A stretch of DNA of 62,449 nucleotides, counting the filler, from Globobulimina sp. (Eukaryota), in NCBI GenBank assembly GCA_003354225.1. It is 32 parts of 32 records of this genome, joined end to end, with 100 filler letters (N's around TTAATTAATTAA, not from the genome) between each part and the next. Parts side by side here need not be neighbours in the genome. Positions count along the whole stretch, not along the records: positions 11,737 to 13,592 come from PIVH01011183.1; positions 13,693 to 15,547 come from PIVH01011184.1; positions 15,648 to 17,502 come from PIVH01011185.1; positions 17,603 to 19,457 come from PIVH01011186.1; positions 19,558 to 21,412 come from PIVH01011187.1; positions 21,513 to 23,367 come from PIVH01011188.1; 26 more parts are not named here. One strand, written 5' to 3'. The translations under genes were made by a program, and so were the position numbers. The notes under the pieces were generated by a model, which worked only from the letters and a program-made list of their open reading frames with translations, searched no databases and had not been told where the DNA came from. Shown here in pieces: positions 11,737 through 23,467 of the stretch (the stretch's first letter is position 1; each line of letters starts with the position of its first letter).

Positions 11737-13449
11737 TTGGCAGAATTAATTAAAGCTAACTCGATCCCATACGGTGTATAGCCGATACTTTCTTGTTTGA
11801 GTGCGGATAATAACAACGCCACATTGCCGCACGCATTCGGAGAGGACATCGAGGTGCCATTCATCAGTTGATTTTTACTCAAAGTATAACTCGGTATGCT
11901 CGATATTGCACCGCCGGGACACATGATTTTCACTCCGATCGCGCCATCCATAGCGGGTCCCCGCGACGACCACGAATAAGCCTGATAATAATTGGCCACA
12001 TTTTGCCCGTCGTCGCCTTTCTGCACCAAACCATATTCACTTTCGATCATTTGCGGCGAAAACATAGCGCCAATACCGATAATCGCATCCGATACACTTT
12101 GCGGAGCGCCGGCGGTGGATAAACAAGGCCCGTCGTTGCCAGCTGAACTGATAAATATTGTGCCATACTTCCACACCAATGTTTCAACGCCTTTTGGAAA
12201 GCAGCCAGTCTTCACCGCAGTGCTTGGTTCGCCATAGGACATATTGACAATGTCGCACTTATTTGCTTTAATATGGAACAATGCTCTCATTAAACCTTTC
12301 AATTTGAATCGAGTTTGTTTGCAATTTGAAGAAAATAATAAAGTATACCTAACCTTGGTTAGTTTCCATGGTCGACAAGCGAGTATCGCCGATTTTGATG
12401 GATACGAATTGGACGCCGGGCGCGATGCCATTAAGTGAGGGGTCGTTGGCATAGTACCCACCCACAATGCCAGCCACATGCGTGCCATGAGAGCCTCCGG
12501 GAACCACTATGGATACTAAGTTGCCGCAATCATAGATATTCAACACATAATTTAATAAAGTTTCCTGTGAAATGGTCGAATATTTATGACAGTCTTTGTA
12601 GTTGGTCAAGACATCCAATTGCGACAAATCAAATATATTCTCGCCATTGGCATCTTTTTTGACAAATACGATGCTTTCTTCATCATCAGAGTCGTCATCC
12701 TGTTTATTTTCCAATATCGCGTCTAAATGAGTACAATTCACATATGAATCCATGCAAATTGTATTTAAAACGGCATTGTATTTGTCACCGTCATTCCAAA
12801 CAAGAACATCAAACACAGGACCACTGCCCGTATTTGTTTCTTTCGATAATAAGTCAGTCAAAGTGGTTAAATCTTCAATTTCTTCCTTGCTGGCTTTTTT
12901 TTCGGCGTCGGCCATATCTTTGGAGGCGGTTTTCAATTTTTGCCGTGCAATATTTATTTTCTTCTCTAAGGTTTGCACACTTTTTCGTAATTTATTTCCA
13001 AATTTTTCGGTCCGTTTTTTTTCGATTCTTTTTATCAATGGCTTGGGGAAGAAATCATAGGCTCGAACTAAACCAATATTAAAATAATTATTTTTATTTT
13101 CCGCCATCCATTGTTTATTTAATAATAATTTATTGTTTGTTAATGGCGATGTTAACACCGAGTTATTGTGCGAGGAGGATGCTATTTTCATTTGTTTGGA
13201 GGTGTCGCAGTCTCCCGAGCCCGTTGAATCTATGACATCTATAAATTTTGGTTTGCTCTCAGAGGTAAAACGTAGTCCTTCCGCGCCGGGATCGCAGCCC
13301 GTATCTAATATGCCGACAATGACACCCCGACCGTCAAAATCATTATTCTCGCTGATAAATGACAATGCGCCGGTCTCTGTCTTTGGTAATACACCACGTT
13401 TAGGGAAACGTGATGATGATTCAAATGAAGCGAAAGCTGAAAGATCCAT
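11737..13449 (-). CDS. TPP2: Tripeptidyl-peptidase II (subtilase S8), 3'-partial, intron 12296-12353
   Basis: LPKTETGA..DGRGVIVGILDTGCDPGA, HGTHVAG, KIGDTRLSTMET, NMSYGE, WSSRGP, NGTSMSSPNACG. A 58-nt GT-AG intron joins the two ORFs. Confidence 0.96.
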
Positions 13450-13692
13450 GTACTTATTTCATTTGAGGACAATTTTCTTATACAAAAGTTGAAATCCGAT
13501 CACAACAATAGGGTTTTTGCTTTTAGTTCATTTCTTCAATCAACATTTAAATTTTCTATTTTTACTAACATTTGAGTGCTTCACTTTGTAACNNNNNNNN
13601 NNNNNNNNNNNNNNNNNNNNNNNNNNNNNNNNNNNNTTAATTAATTAANNNNNNNNNNNNNNNNNNNNNNNNNNNNNNNNNNNNNNNNNNNN

Positions 13693-13864
13693 AAATGAAA
13701 TATATTGTAACTTGAAAGAAAGATAATTTTGAACAACTAAAATCTGGAATGATTTCAATCATTTCATTTTCTGCCAAAAAATCACTCTCTTCAAATAACC
13801 AAGCAAACCCCCAATCAGTTGGTTCCTTGTATCGTTTTTGATGCTGGTTGATTTGCAATGCCAT
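13693..13864 (-). CDS. PSF2: GINS complex subunit Psf2, first exon
   Basis: FLAENEMIEIIPDFS motif typical of the Psf2 N-terminus. Confidence 0.75.
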
Positions 13865-14006
13865 GGTTAGAAATAGTTGATTTGGAGTTTTTCTTCAAAA
13901 CACTAAGAAAACATTTTTTTTCACAATCACTAAATAAATCTTTCTGGTAAAACGTCATGGAACATGTATCGAATAGTAGCAATTTCCTTATTTGTATTGT
14001 GAGAAA

Positions 14007-14777
14007 TCACGTTAATTTACTTTTTATTCCAGTTCCAGAAAACATGAATCCAAACCCAATTTGTTTAACATTATATTGTTTGAAATAACGATTTAAAACC
14101 TTTTCAATGTCTTGATGAACATCATCGATATTAAAGAAAATCTTTGCAGAAACCAAGCAATCATGATACCTTTGAACGTGCCACGGAATATCATCGATAA
14201 TGAACTCTTTGTAAATATTACAAATCGTAAAACCAAAAAACACTGTTTTTTCATCCATAAAAGATAATAAATTCTGTATCACCCTTTCCAATTTAAATGG
14301 CATTGGACTAGGAATACAATGTAAAACCCAGCTCATTCCGATTGAATTAAAGGTTATTTCCTCACCAATAACTTTTTTAATTTTTTGCCCACTGAGTACA
14401 TCACAATGTGCCGCAGTAACATTGTTTGGAATAAATCCATTTTGAATGAGTGTTTTCTTCGCTGTGACCAACGCTGATTTTTTAATATCTAACAAATGTA
14501 TTTTTGCTATTTTTCGATTGAATTTTGAATGTAATGGCTGATAAACAGAGGTACATCCAATTTCTAAATGTCTTCCATTTTGGGTTATATTATGATTGTA
14601 AAAATCTATTTGAGTTTGGATTGGAGTTCTCCATAATTTGAATGCGACAAAAATAAACTGATTATAAATTTTGACTGTGAACCACCAATCAGCGTAGTTC
14701 GGCAAAAATAATTTCCAAAATATCAAAAATAATAAGATTACTATACCAACAATGTACCAACACCATAGAGTTGACAT
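14007..14777 (-). CDS. Class I SAM-dependent methyltransferase with N-terminal membrane anchor
   Basis: HLEIGC, IHLLDI, HCDVL, FNSIGMSWVLHCIP. Confidence 0.8.
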   Translation of the reverse strand: MSTLWCWYIVGIVILLFLIFWKLFLPNYADWWFTVKIYNQFIFVAFKLWRTPIQTQIDFYNHNITQNGRHLEIGCTSVYQPLHSKFNRKIAKIHLLDIKKSALVTAKKTLIQNGFIPNNVTAAHCDVLSGQKIKKVIGEEITFNSIGMSWVLHCIPSPMPFKLERVIQNLLSFMDEKTVFFGFTICNIYKEFIIDDIPWHVQRYHDCLVSAKIFFNIDDVHQDIEKVLNRYFKQYNVKQIGFGFMFSGTGIKSKLT

Positions 14778-14969
14778 TATTTTCTTCTTATTGTATTGCT
14801 ACACTTAATTTTACGTCACTTTAGCACGATTTCAGAATTCAGAGCGACATTGCTTTTATAAAATGTCCAAAACTTGGTGGTTTTTTTGTACTTTCACTTA
14901 CATTTTCACAAGAAAACAATACCATTCATCCTTCCGCCGTTCGCTTGTTTTCTTACAATCACAAACATA

Positions 14970-15547
14970 ATGTCAACAACAACCACACCCCTTTCAAACA
15001 ACCACAACAACCACGCCAACAACAATAGCAATCGCAATAACAACCATGCACCGCCATCATTGACATCAGAGATTGACATATTTTATCATCGAACCCGTCC
15101 ATACCCCTCAGACATCAAAGAAAAAGAGAAGCTCTGCCGCTACATTCATCATTGCGTCGCCTACCTACACCATACATGCGAACAGGAATTGAATACCAGC
15201 AAAAAAAACAGAAAGAAGAAATTTAGCCCCACCAAGCAAATCTTTTTAGAAAACATGAAGTTACTTAGAACCTCACGTTCAGATTGGAACGTCTTCACAT
15301 TTGGCTCCTTATCGTGGGGCACCCACATCGCCAACGAGTCTGATATCGATATGGCCGTCGCACTTAACTTCAAAAACGGGCGTGGCGACAAAACATTTAT
15401 TTTAAAACGTTTATCGCAAATCATCTCAGAAAATGACGAAAACGGTCTGCTCACCGTTCAAATCTTGTTACGCGCAAAATATCCAATCATTCGCATCCAT
15501 CACATTTATCAAAAATGTATCAAAGTGGACATATCGATCGCGGATCG
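14970..15547 (+). CDS. Non-canonical poly(A) polymerase / terminal uridylyltransferase (Pol-beta NTase), 3'-partial
   Basis: FGS.......ESDIDM, AKYPII, VDISI. Confidence 0.85.
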
Positions 15548-15647
15548 NNNNNNNNNNNNNNNNNNNNNNNNNNNNNNNNNNNNNNNNNNNNTTAATTAAT
15601 TAANNNNNNNNNNNNNNNNNNNNNNNNNNNNNNNNNNNNNNNNNNNN

Positions 15648-16370
15648 GGCCGTGGCAGACACAATTGTACCAAACCAAACAGCGATATTCAATGCAGAGC
15701 CGGAGATGTAGCCGACGCAGCCAATGGATACAAATAAACTCCATCCAACACAGAGACCATAGAACTGATTTGGTTGTTGACTCGTTGCTACATTGATCAT
15801 CACAAAAACTAGAAAAAATGTGAACAAAAATTCAGCTCCAAAGGCTTGTGCGGGTTGAAAATGCATTTTTATTTCCTCTCCGTTTGTAAAAAAACCAGGT
15901 TGAGGGTACACCGCAGCACACGCATTTTTGTCAGTTATTGCCCACGCAAAGAATCCGCCTAATATTCCACCGCTAAATTGTGCAGCCATATACATGGCGA
16001 TATTTTTATAGTCATACAATGGGAAATCATCCAAAGAGCCCCGACATAATAAACCAATGCAAATGCAAGGGTTGAACTGCGCGAATGAGATGTAATCAAA
16101 TTGGTAGACTAATACTAATAAACCAAAGCCAATGGCATATTGAGTGCCAAGTGGACTGGTATCGTATGATAATTTGAAAAATAAAACTAAAAAGAATGTG
16201 CCAATAAATTCCGCAATCCAGGAACCAACTCTCTATAATATATTGATCACACATTTGATACGTAAATATTAGTTAAAATGGGCATGGTATATTTATGTAA
16301 CTGTCTTGGCGCCTTTTGATGTGGATAATGTTGATGCAGTTCGTATACGAGTACGATCCAAATGGTCCAT
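15648..16370 (-). CDS. Aquaporin/MIP channel, intron 16233-16301, 3'-partial
   Basis: AEFIGTFFLV, ISFAQFNPC, YMAAQFSGG, AEFLFTFFLVFV, ISGSALNIA. The frame extends upstream of the listed ORF. Confidence 0.92.
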
Positions 16371-16521
16371 GGTATGGTTTTAACTAAGCTGTGAAAACGC
16401 GTTTGTTTTGATAATAATTCAGAATCAGAACAGCGCATTTTTGACACATACACAAAATGGGACTATCTGTGAGATTAAATTAAATAAATAAATAAATAAA
16501 ACGTGTTTTGAGTCAAATCAA

Positions 16522-17197
16522 TCAATCATATGCATTTTCCGATGGGTCAGAGTTTTGAATTTGTGCTAATTGAATTTCTGATTGATTTTCGTTATCAGCT
16601 TTGCTGTTTGAAGGTTGTTGAGTTTTATTATAAATGCCAGCCACAATATTTAATACTCCTAACACCAATAAAATGACAGCAGTCAGAATTGCAAACCATT
16701 CACCTCCAAATGCGAGTGTTCCTTAATGCACAAATCAGTGTTTTAAATATATATATATATAATTTTCAGAATATATTAATACCTAAAAAAAAATACCAAA
16801 ACCCACGACCAACGCTGGTAAATATTATTTGTACTTTTCGAGCAACAAATTTAAACTTTAATTCCGCAGAAATTGTTAATAAACCCAACAGAATATAATA
16901 AAATGATAAAATATAGGATCGTACATTCAGTACACACACACTGAAACAAATAAATCCTTCCATAATTAAAACAATGCTCGGTATAATTCCTACCATCTAT
17001 ATTTAGTTTTATTCAACACAAATTAAACACTTTTTGTAAGTACAAATAATTAACAATACCGCTAAATATTTTGGTGCAATTAATTTATGTGCAAATTCCG
17101 AAATCGATGTGCTTGATGTGCTTTTTTCATCATCTGGAACTGCATTTATATTACTATTTTCATCAATTTTTCCATGATTCATTAGATTAGCAGACAT
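16522..17197 (-). CDS. COPI-associated / TVP15-like Golgi membrane protein, 2 introns
   Basis: FYYILLGLLTISAEL..IFTSVGRGFWYFFLG/TLAFG. Splicing KYLA|MVGII and FLG|TLAF gives a complete ORF. Confidence 0.8.
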
Positions 17198-17363
17198 TCT
17201 GTAATTTCGGTATCACAACAATTTTGAACTTAAGTACTGAAAACAAATGAATCAAAATGGCAAGTTTTTCGCCAAATGCGTCAACAATTTTAATTTTATG
17301 TACAGTTGTGGTTGCATTTGTATTGCTCTCTGTTTCTGTTTATGGAAATATTAAACTATTTAA

Positions 17364-17502
17364 ATGTCGACTAATCTAATGAATCATGGAAAAATTGATG
17401 GAAATAGTAATATCAATGCAGTTCCAGATGATGAAAAAAGCACATCAAGCACATCGATTTCGGAATTTGCACATAAATTAATTGCACCAAAATATTTAGC
17501 GG
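17364..17502 (+). CDS. Exon 1 of an inverted paralog of the TVP15-like gene
   Basis: Near-identical to the reverse complement of 17059-17197, with ~4 substitutions. Confidence 0.8.
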
Positions 17503-17610
17503 NNNNNNNNNNNNNNNNNNNNNNNNNNNNNNNNNNNNNNNNNNNNTTAATTAATTAANNNNNNNNNNNNNNNNNNNNNNNNNNNNNNNNNNNNNNNNNN
17601 NNTATATCAA

Positions 17611-17800
17611 ACACAATTAGATTCCACCTCCTTCCCCTCCACCGTAAATTACAGAATACATAAAATAATCACAATAAAATAGAAACACAAAAACAACCAA
17701 ACATAAGCACAAACCAACGAGAAAATATGCACAAAACATCGCATAAAAAATCTAACACAATTATGCCACCTCCCTCCCCTCCACCGTAAATTACAGAATA
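17611..17800. repeat. ~45-bp direct repeat, two copies
   Basis: CCACCTCC.TCCCCTCCACCGTAAATTACAGAATA at ~17624 and ~17766. Confidence 0.85.
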
Positions 17801-18402
17801 TGTATTGTAAAAAACCAATCAAAAAATAAACACAAAACAAACAAAACATAACCACAAACCAACCAAAAAATACGCACAAACAAACATAAAAAACAAAAAC
17901 AACGCACATAAGAATACAAATATGTATAGTATCTCTGAGAGTTGCGGGCCGGGCACAATTAATTCTATAACAAATCAGTTGCAACAAAACAAAACATTAA
18001 AAATTAATGTATAAAGATCGATTACATTCGGATTTTAAATCAAAATATTTAGTATCCATTGCAAATTGTTTGATATTTATAAAATGTAATATATTATTTG
18101 ACGGATATCGAGTTATAGCGAGTGGTTGTAACAATATGCAATTATAATAAGAATGTGAATATCAAACAATTCTGGTATTAAATATTTGATTCATGATAAA
18201 AATGAACTATCCATGTATTTATTATAAAATTGATGATATTAAAAGGAATTATATGTAAAATATCATTTATAAATTATTAATAAATGGCTCCATTTTTCAT
18301 TGTTAAATACATTCTTCATTGTTAAATACATTAAAAGTGATGATCAGAGGATTGTTTTTGATGAATACAAATAAGTTAAAAGTTTTTTCTGTACTTTGAC
18401 TA

Positions 18403-18855
18403 GTGAATATCGATGATGGTTTATTCAAAAAATTCGGACATCTCGCGGGGGTTCAGAATGGGGGCTGCATAGCTCCACTCGAATTAAATTTATTGGTATA
18501 TTCACGTATTATACAGGATATAATTAAATCTATTCAACGAAATAGGAGTTTAAGTAATAAAATAAAAATGATTAAATTTGAAGAATGGCAAATATTGGGA
18601 AATATTTTTAAAAAAGGAAGGGAATCGGGGTTGTGTCGTGACAAAGGCGGTGGGCTTTTCAATATTTTTATTTATATTGATAAAGAGCGTGATGTTGATA
18701 TATTGAATACATTAATTCATGAATTGGTTCATATTGAAATCGAAGGTCATTATAAAGATTTTATTATTTTTCAATCAAAAATAGCTCATCAAGTTTACAA
18801 AGCATTGTCAAACAATAATAGCTTTTATGTACATAGCAAAATTCAATTTGGTTAG
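18403..18855 (+). CDS. Zincin metallopeptidase-like (WLM/Wss1-like) domain; start uncertain
   Basis: TLIHELVHIEIEGH..DF (HExxH plus a third His). Confidence 0.65.
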   Translation: MNIDDGLFKKFGHLAGVQNGGCIAPLELNLLVYSRIIQDIIKSIQRNRSLSNKIKMIKFEEWQILGNIFKKGRESGLCRDKGGGLFNIFIYIDKERDVDILNTLIHELVHIEIEGHYKDFIIFQSKIAHQVYKALSNNNSFYVHSKIQFG

Positions 18856-19082
18856 TTTGCAAAAATACACTACATGCAATACTTTTTATACTTTTTATTA
18901 TGTTTTTCATGCTCACCGCTTTGCTTGAACATCCCGGCGAGGAGATTGATGGTATCAAAAGAGATACCATCTTGGAAGTGGAAAGAGCGATATTTGGCAT
19001 ATTGGATGGAGTTGTAATTGGGTGTTAAATAGTTCGAGTTATTTGGGTGCATTCGGCCAATTTCGGCAAGTTTATCTGCAAC

Positions 19083-19451
19083 CAAGCCGTTAATGATATC
19101 ATTGTGAAATCATTAAAAATGATATCATTAATGATTTTTGGCAATATTGGCAATTTACAACATTGATTTTTTTAATGATTTTTTCGATGGGCCGGTGAGA
19201 CATATTTGACTTAGGTACTTTTTGCCGTTTGCACAAATATGCAAAACACAAAAAAATATGTAAAACCTCTGTCTTTGATACAAATACAGCTTAAAACATG
19301 CGATTTTTTTTGTTTGTGCGATTTTTCTTTGGTTTTTGGTGGTTTTTTTGGTAGAATTTAAGATTTAATGATTTTTTTAATGATTTTTCAACATTTAAAA
19401 AATGTACAATGATTATTGCCATATTTCAACAATGATATCATTAACGGCTTG
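19083..19451. mobile_element. 369-bp MITE with 23-bp perfect TIRs and probable 8-bp TSD
   Basis: CAAGCCGTTAATGATATCATTGT ... ACAATGATATCATTAACGGCTTG. Left flank TCTGCAAC; right flank TCTGCA, cut by the contig end. Confidence 0.88.
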
Positions 19452-19720
19452 TCTGCANNNNNNNNNNNNNNNNNNNNNNNNNNNNNNNNNNNNNNNNNNN
19501 NTTAATTAATTAANNNNNNNNNNNNNNNNNNNNNNNNNNNNNNNNNNNNNNNNNNNNTGACTAATTCACTTACTCTTTCAACAAATGTATACATGTTTAT
19601 GGTCTTTCTCAAATGTAAAATCGTATTTGGAAATGTCTAGTAATACATGTCTAGTGAAAACATTTATGAAATGTCTGAAAACATTAATGCACTTTTTTTT
19701 CTTGATGCCTAGGTATTTAG

Positions 19721-20764
19721 CTAGTAATCATACTCTCCATTTGCAGTGTGGTATTTAATCTGTAACATCCTCACATCTTTTGACCTCTGTTGAACCCACA
19801 TAACATAATAATTCCTAAAACCCTCACTATATTCACTTCTTCGCGTATTATTAGACATATAATATCTTCCCACAGCCATCAATATTTTCGAAATAGGCTG
19901 TAACGATGGCAACAATAATGCATGCAATATATCCACAAAACATTTCTCTTTCATCCAGGCAGGTTTCTCATATGTCACATCATCCTTTTTATTCATGATA
20001 TACCAATATGGCAAATCAATTTTTTTGCATTTATGAATATCAAAAAAAGTTGGATTTTCCATTTCAAACATTGTCTTATATGCACCTCCTGAATTTTTCG
20101 AATTTGCAAAATATGACCAAAATGACATACTATTCTTATCGTAGGCCCATTGCATAGAACACGCATTCTTAGAAATGCCACCTTTTGTGCTTACAACCTC
20201 CAATGATACATTGTAAGACATCTTATTAATAACAGCCATTCCATCCACATTTTTCTCTGTCTCATAGGACTGTAATATTGCAATCAATTTATTTTCTCTT
20301 TCTTGTTTCTTGTCTTTTGTTTCATACTGTTTCCAAAATGTGACAATATCGTTTCTGTATTTTTTATCTAAGCATGATACCAAATCATCAAATTCAGCAT
20401 ATTCCAAAAATTGGATAAATATAAGTTTGCATTGAATAATTGCCATAGACGCAGCAATGGAAAGTTTCTTCTGTTTCTTGCGTTTCTGCGCAGTTTTTAA
20501 TTTTGATTTCTTTTTGTTGATTTTGTTAGTTTTCATGGGATTGAATTCTTTTGGTTTCATGCCGGGATGATTCTTATTTGTGTGTTTTTTCAATTTTTTA
20601 CGTATAATGAATTTTACATCTCGAGAGGCCAAACTCATTTCATATTTCTTGACACAATAAGCGCAGTATGTGTATTGTTCTGAATTGTCATAATCTAATC
20701 TTTCTTTTATTTTGTTTATATCTGCTGCAAAATCTCGTTTCTTTTTTTTTGTTTTGGTTGCCAT
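19721..20764 (-). CDS. Lys-rich protein of unknown function with a possible N-terminal C2H2/BED-like zinc finger
   Basis: 347-aa ORF; YCAYC...KKHTNKNH. Confidence 0.65.
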   Translation of the reverse strand: MATKTKKKKRDFAADINKIKERLDYDNSEQYTYCAYCVKKYEMSLASRDVKFIIRKKLKKHTNKNHPGMKPKEFNPMKTNKINKKKSKLKTAQKRKKQKKLSIAASMAIIQCKLIFIQFLEYAEFDDLVSCLDKKYRNDIVTFWKQYETKDKKQERENKLIAILQSYETEKNVDGMAVINKMSYNVSLEVVSTKGGISKNACSMQWAYDKNSMSFWSYFANSKNSGGAYKTMFEMENPTFFDIHKCKKIDLPYWYIMNKKDDVTYEKPAWMKEKCFVDILHALLLPSLQPISKILMAVGRYYMSNNTRRSEYSEGFRNYYVMWVQQRSKDVRMLQIKYHTANGEYDY

Positions 20765-20790
20765 TTTTTTGTTGTTTTTGGTGTTTTTTT

Positions 20791-21412
20791 ATGTCAGAAA
20801 CCATGTCCATGTTCGACAAAATAGCGAGCTACACATTGATATCATTATTATTTTTGTCAATTATTTGTAGCATGATTAACTTAGTTCAATTTTGTATATT
20901 TTATTCGCATGTTAATATTCAAACAAATCAATTTTTACAAGTACGAAAGCCAGCACTTATTGTTATTTATAGCATATTGTCGATTCTTAATTCGTTAATT
21001 GTATTACCAACAATAATATTTACAAATATATTACAACAAGAATTTCTTCCTTTGTATATTAATATATTTGTTCCATTAGAAATACGTGAAAAATATTTCA
21101 TAAACAATTTGTGGATATTAACCTTTTTACACCAAATTATTACGTGTTCATTATTATTAATCATAGCAGAAAGAGCGTGGCTATTATTATATGACTATAA
21201 GTACATTGACGCGTATACGAGCATTGAATGGAAAGATATTATAAACCCACAAGAATCAAAAAAAAACAGATGGTTGAAATATAGAAAAACGTTTGGATCA
21301 TATTCGTTTTTATCCAAATTAATATGTACTTTGTTTGCAGTTTTTGTTTGCGCACTATTTGTTGTACAAAATATATTCAATATGATAAATTATTCGTGGA
21401 TAGTAATCGATG
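20791..21412 (+). CDS. Multi-pass membrane protein (7TM-like), 3'-partial
   Basis: At least four hydrophobic helices; ERAWLLLYDY..EWKDIINP. Confidence 0.7.
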
Positions 21413-21601
21413 NNNNNNNNNNNNNNNNNNNNNNNNNNNNNNNNNNNNNNNNNNNNTTAATTAATTAANNNNNNNNNNNNNNNNNNNNNNNNNNNNNNNN
21501 NNNNNNNNNNNNAAAACAGAAACTCCAATATTTTGCAATCGATCATAAATGAATTAAAAATCTGATATCAATTCATGGTGGATTGCAAAATATATTGTAA
21601 C

Positions 21602-22215
21602 CGTAAGGCCCATTTTGATGCACTGTAACCAGTATAATATGCCATCCCTATCAATCCCAACAAAGAGCAAGTAACTATTACACGACCATACGCGTTTTGT
21701 TGCACTTTATTTCTCTTCAAATATGGTAATGTTATTTTGATGGTATTTACAACTCCAAAAAAATTGATATTCATAACACGATGATAATTCTTCATCGATG
21801 TATTTTCAAATGATGCAACTGGAGAAATTCCTGCATTACAAAATACACAATGTAACTCTGTCCATTTTGCGTCATCAAATGTTGCTATAATTTCTTTTTC
21901 CATTAAGTTATAATCTGACACATCAGCGGATATTGTTAATATTTTTTGTTTTGCATTTTTGCAGAGTTTTTGTAATTGTTGGGCTGCATTGCTTAATTTC
22001 TGTTTCTTACGCGCTAAAATTGCAACATTTGCACCCCTTTCGACACACGCTTTTGCAATGGAAAACCCAATGCCTTCAGAACCTCCAGTGATTAAAATAT
22101 TTGCATCTTTTAATGCTATGCCAGGGATTGATACACGACAATAAAAATGCCAAACACTAATTAATACAATAAACCCAACAAAATACCCAAGTACAACCAA
22201 CAAAGAGATCTCCAT
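21602..22215 (-). CDS. KDSR: 3-ketodihydrosphingosine reductase-like SDR, first exon
   Basis: N-terminal TM, ILITGGSEGIG, ILARK, ISADVS, CNAG, YTGYSASKWALR followed by a GT donor. Confidence 0.82.
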
Positions 22216-22295
22216 TCAAATCCAAACAGAGAGGTGGATGAAAATTGAGTTTACTGTTTTTTTTCAAAACTTGCTTGGTCAGAGACTCGATCAAA

Positions 22296-23225
22296 ATGAC
22301 GCAACTTCTCCAGCAAAGAGTTGCCAATGATGCAGCTGTCATGTTATTTGGTTGTCAAGTTGCTGGAGGTGGCAGGGACAGGTCATTGTCAACTGCCAAT
22401 GTGGAACGGAACACCAATTTCATCAGTTATTGCACCAAGCTGTGCGTATTTGGATACATTGGGAATTGTAATGATGAATTACATTTAAACATGCCTGTTG
22501 ATGTTGAATTGATTTGTCTTTACTTTTTTGGACAACTATCAATGAATTTTAATTATATCACAATGTATCAATATTTGAATCATAAATTACAATCTCCGTC
22601 GCGACCGTTGAATCTTTATTTAGCGTTAAATTGTTATACAGACAACGTATTGCAGCTTAAACTTGAATCCATAATGAAATCCCACATATCTTGCGCATCA
22701 ATACCAATATCACAAAGGTTAAGCTCTCAATCTCACAATTTTGCGTTTCATTTATATGATGTTTTATTTCATGGATCAATACAAAAGTTAGAAAAAAGCA
22801 GATGGGAAACTATTGGTATTGGCAAATTAGAATTAATTGAAAATAACTACAATCCATCGAGAGTATTAATAAAATTAACTCGAAACAAAAACAATAAAAT
22901 TTATATATTCCAATGCTACCCCAAATATAAAGTGGACCGCCAAGCTCTTGTCATGAAAGGCAAGCGGACCACAACTAAAACGCGTTGTGTTTTGGCTCTC
23001 AGATTTAATCAACAAAACTTGAGAGATAGATGGCAACAGAAATTAAAGCATGCGTATCGATCATCACCACAACGCGTTGCAAGACGGAGGCCGTATGGTA
23101 GGAGTTCACAAAAATGGGACTGTGAATTATGTTTGTATCAAAATAACGAATGGATATATTGCTCAGTGTGTCGATCACCAGAACCGCTCAACCAAACGCA
23201 AAGGAACACTAACAATGAATGGTAA
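22296..23225 (+). CDS. Protein with RanBD/PH-like domain and C-terminal RanBP2-type zinc finger
   Basis: WETIGIGKLEL..LALRF; WDCELCLYQN....CSVC. Confidence 0.7.
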   Translation: MTQLLQQRVANDAAVMLFGCQVAGGGRDRSLSTANVERNTNFISYCTKLCVFGYIGNCNDELHLNMPVDVELICLYFFGQLSMNFNYITMYQYLNHKLQSPSRPLNLYLALNCYTDNVLQLKLESIMKSHISCASIPISQRLSSQSHNFAFHLYDVLFHGSIQKLEKSRWETIGIGKLELIENNYNPSRVLIKLTRNKNNKIYIFQCYPKYKVDRQALVMKGKRTTTKTRCVLALRFNQQNLRDRWQQKLKHAYRSSPQRVARRRPYGRSSQKWDCELCLYQNNEWIYCSVCRSPEPLNQTQRNTNNEW

Positions 23226-23467
23226 TTTCAAAAATTTCTTGCTACTCATACTGTAATAGTTTGAATTAGAAAAATCATTGTTTTTTCACTGAAAAACATA
23301 CTTTTCATCGAAAATACACAGTTTGCATTGAAATGACACTGATTTTACACACTTTTCATATTCTGTGNNNNNNNNNNNNNNNNNNNNNNNNNNNNNNNNN
23401 NNNNNNNNNNNTTAATTAATTAANNNNNNNNNNNNNNNNNNNNNNNNNNNNNNNNNNNNNNNNNNNN

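Noticed and set aside
3913-15547. RdRP, TUTase and transposons as a clustered RNA-silencing locus
   Set aside because: They lie on different contigs concatenated by length, so adjacency is meaningless.
17649-17987. 112-aa F/V/C-rich ORF
   Set aside because: A low-complexity artefact of an AC-rich tract.
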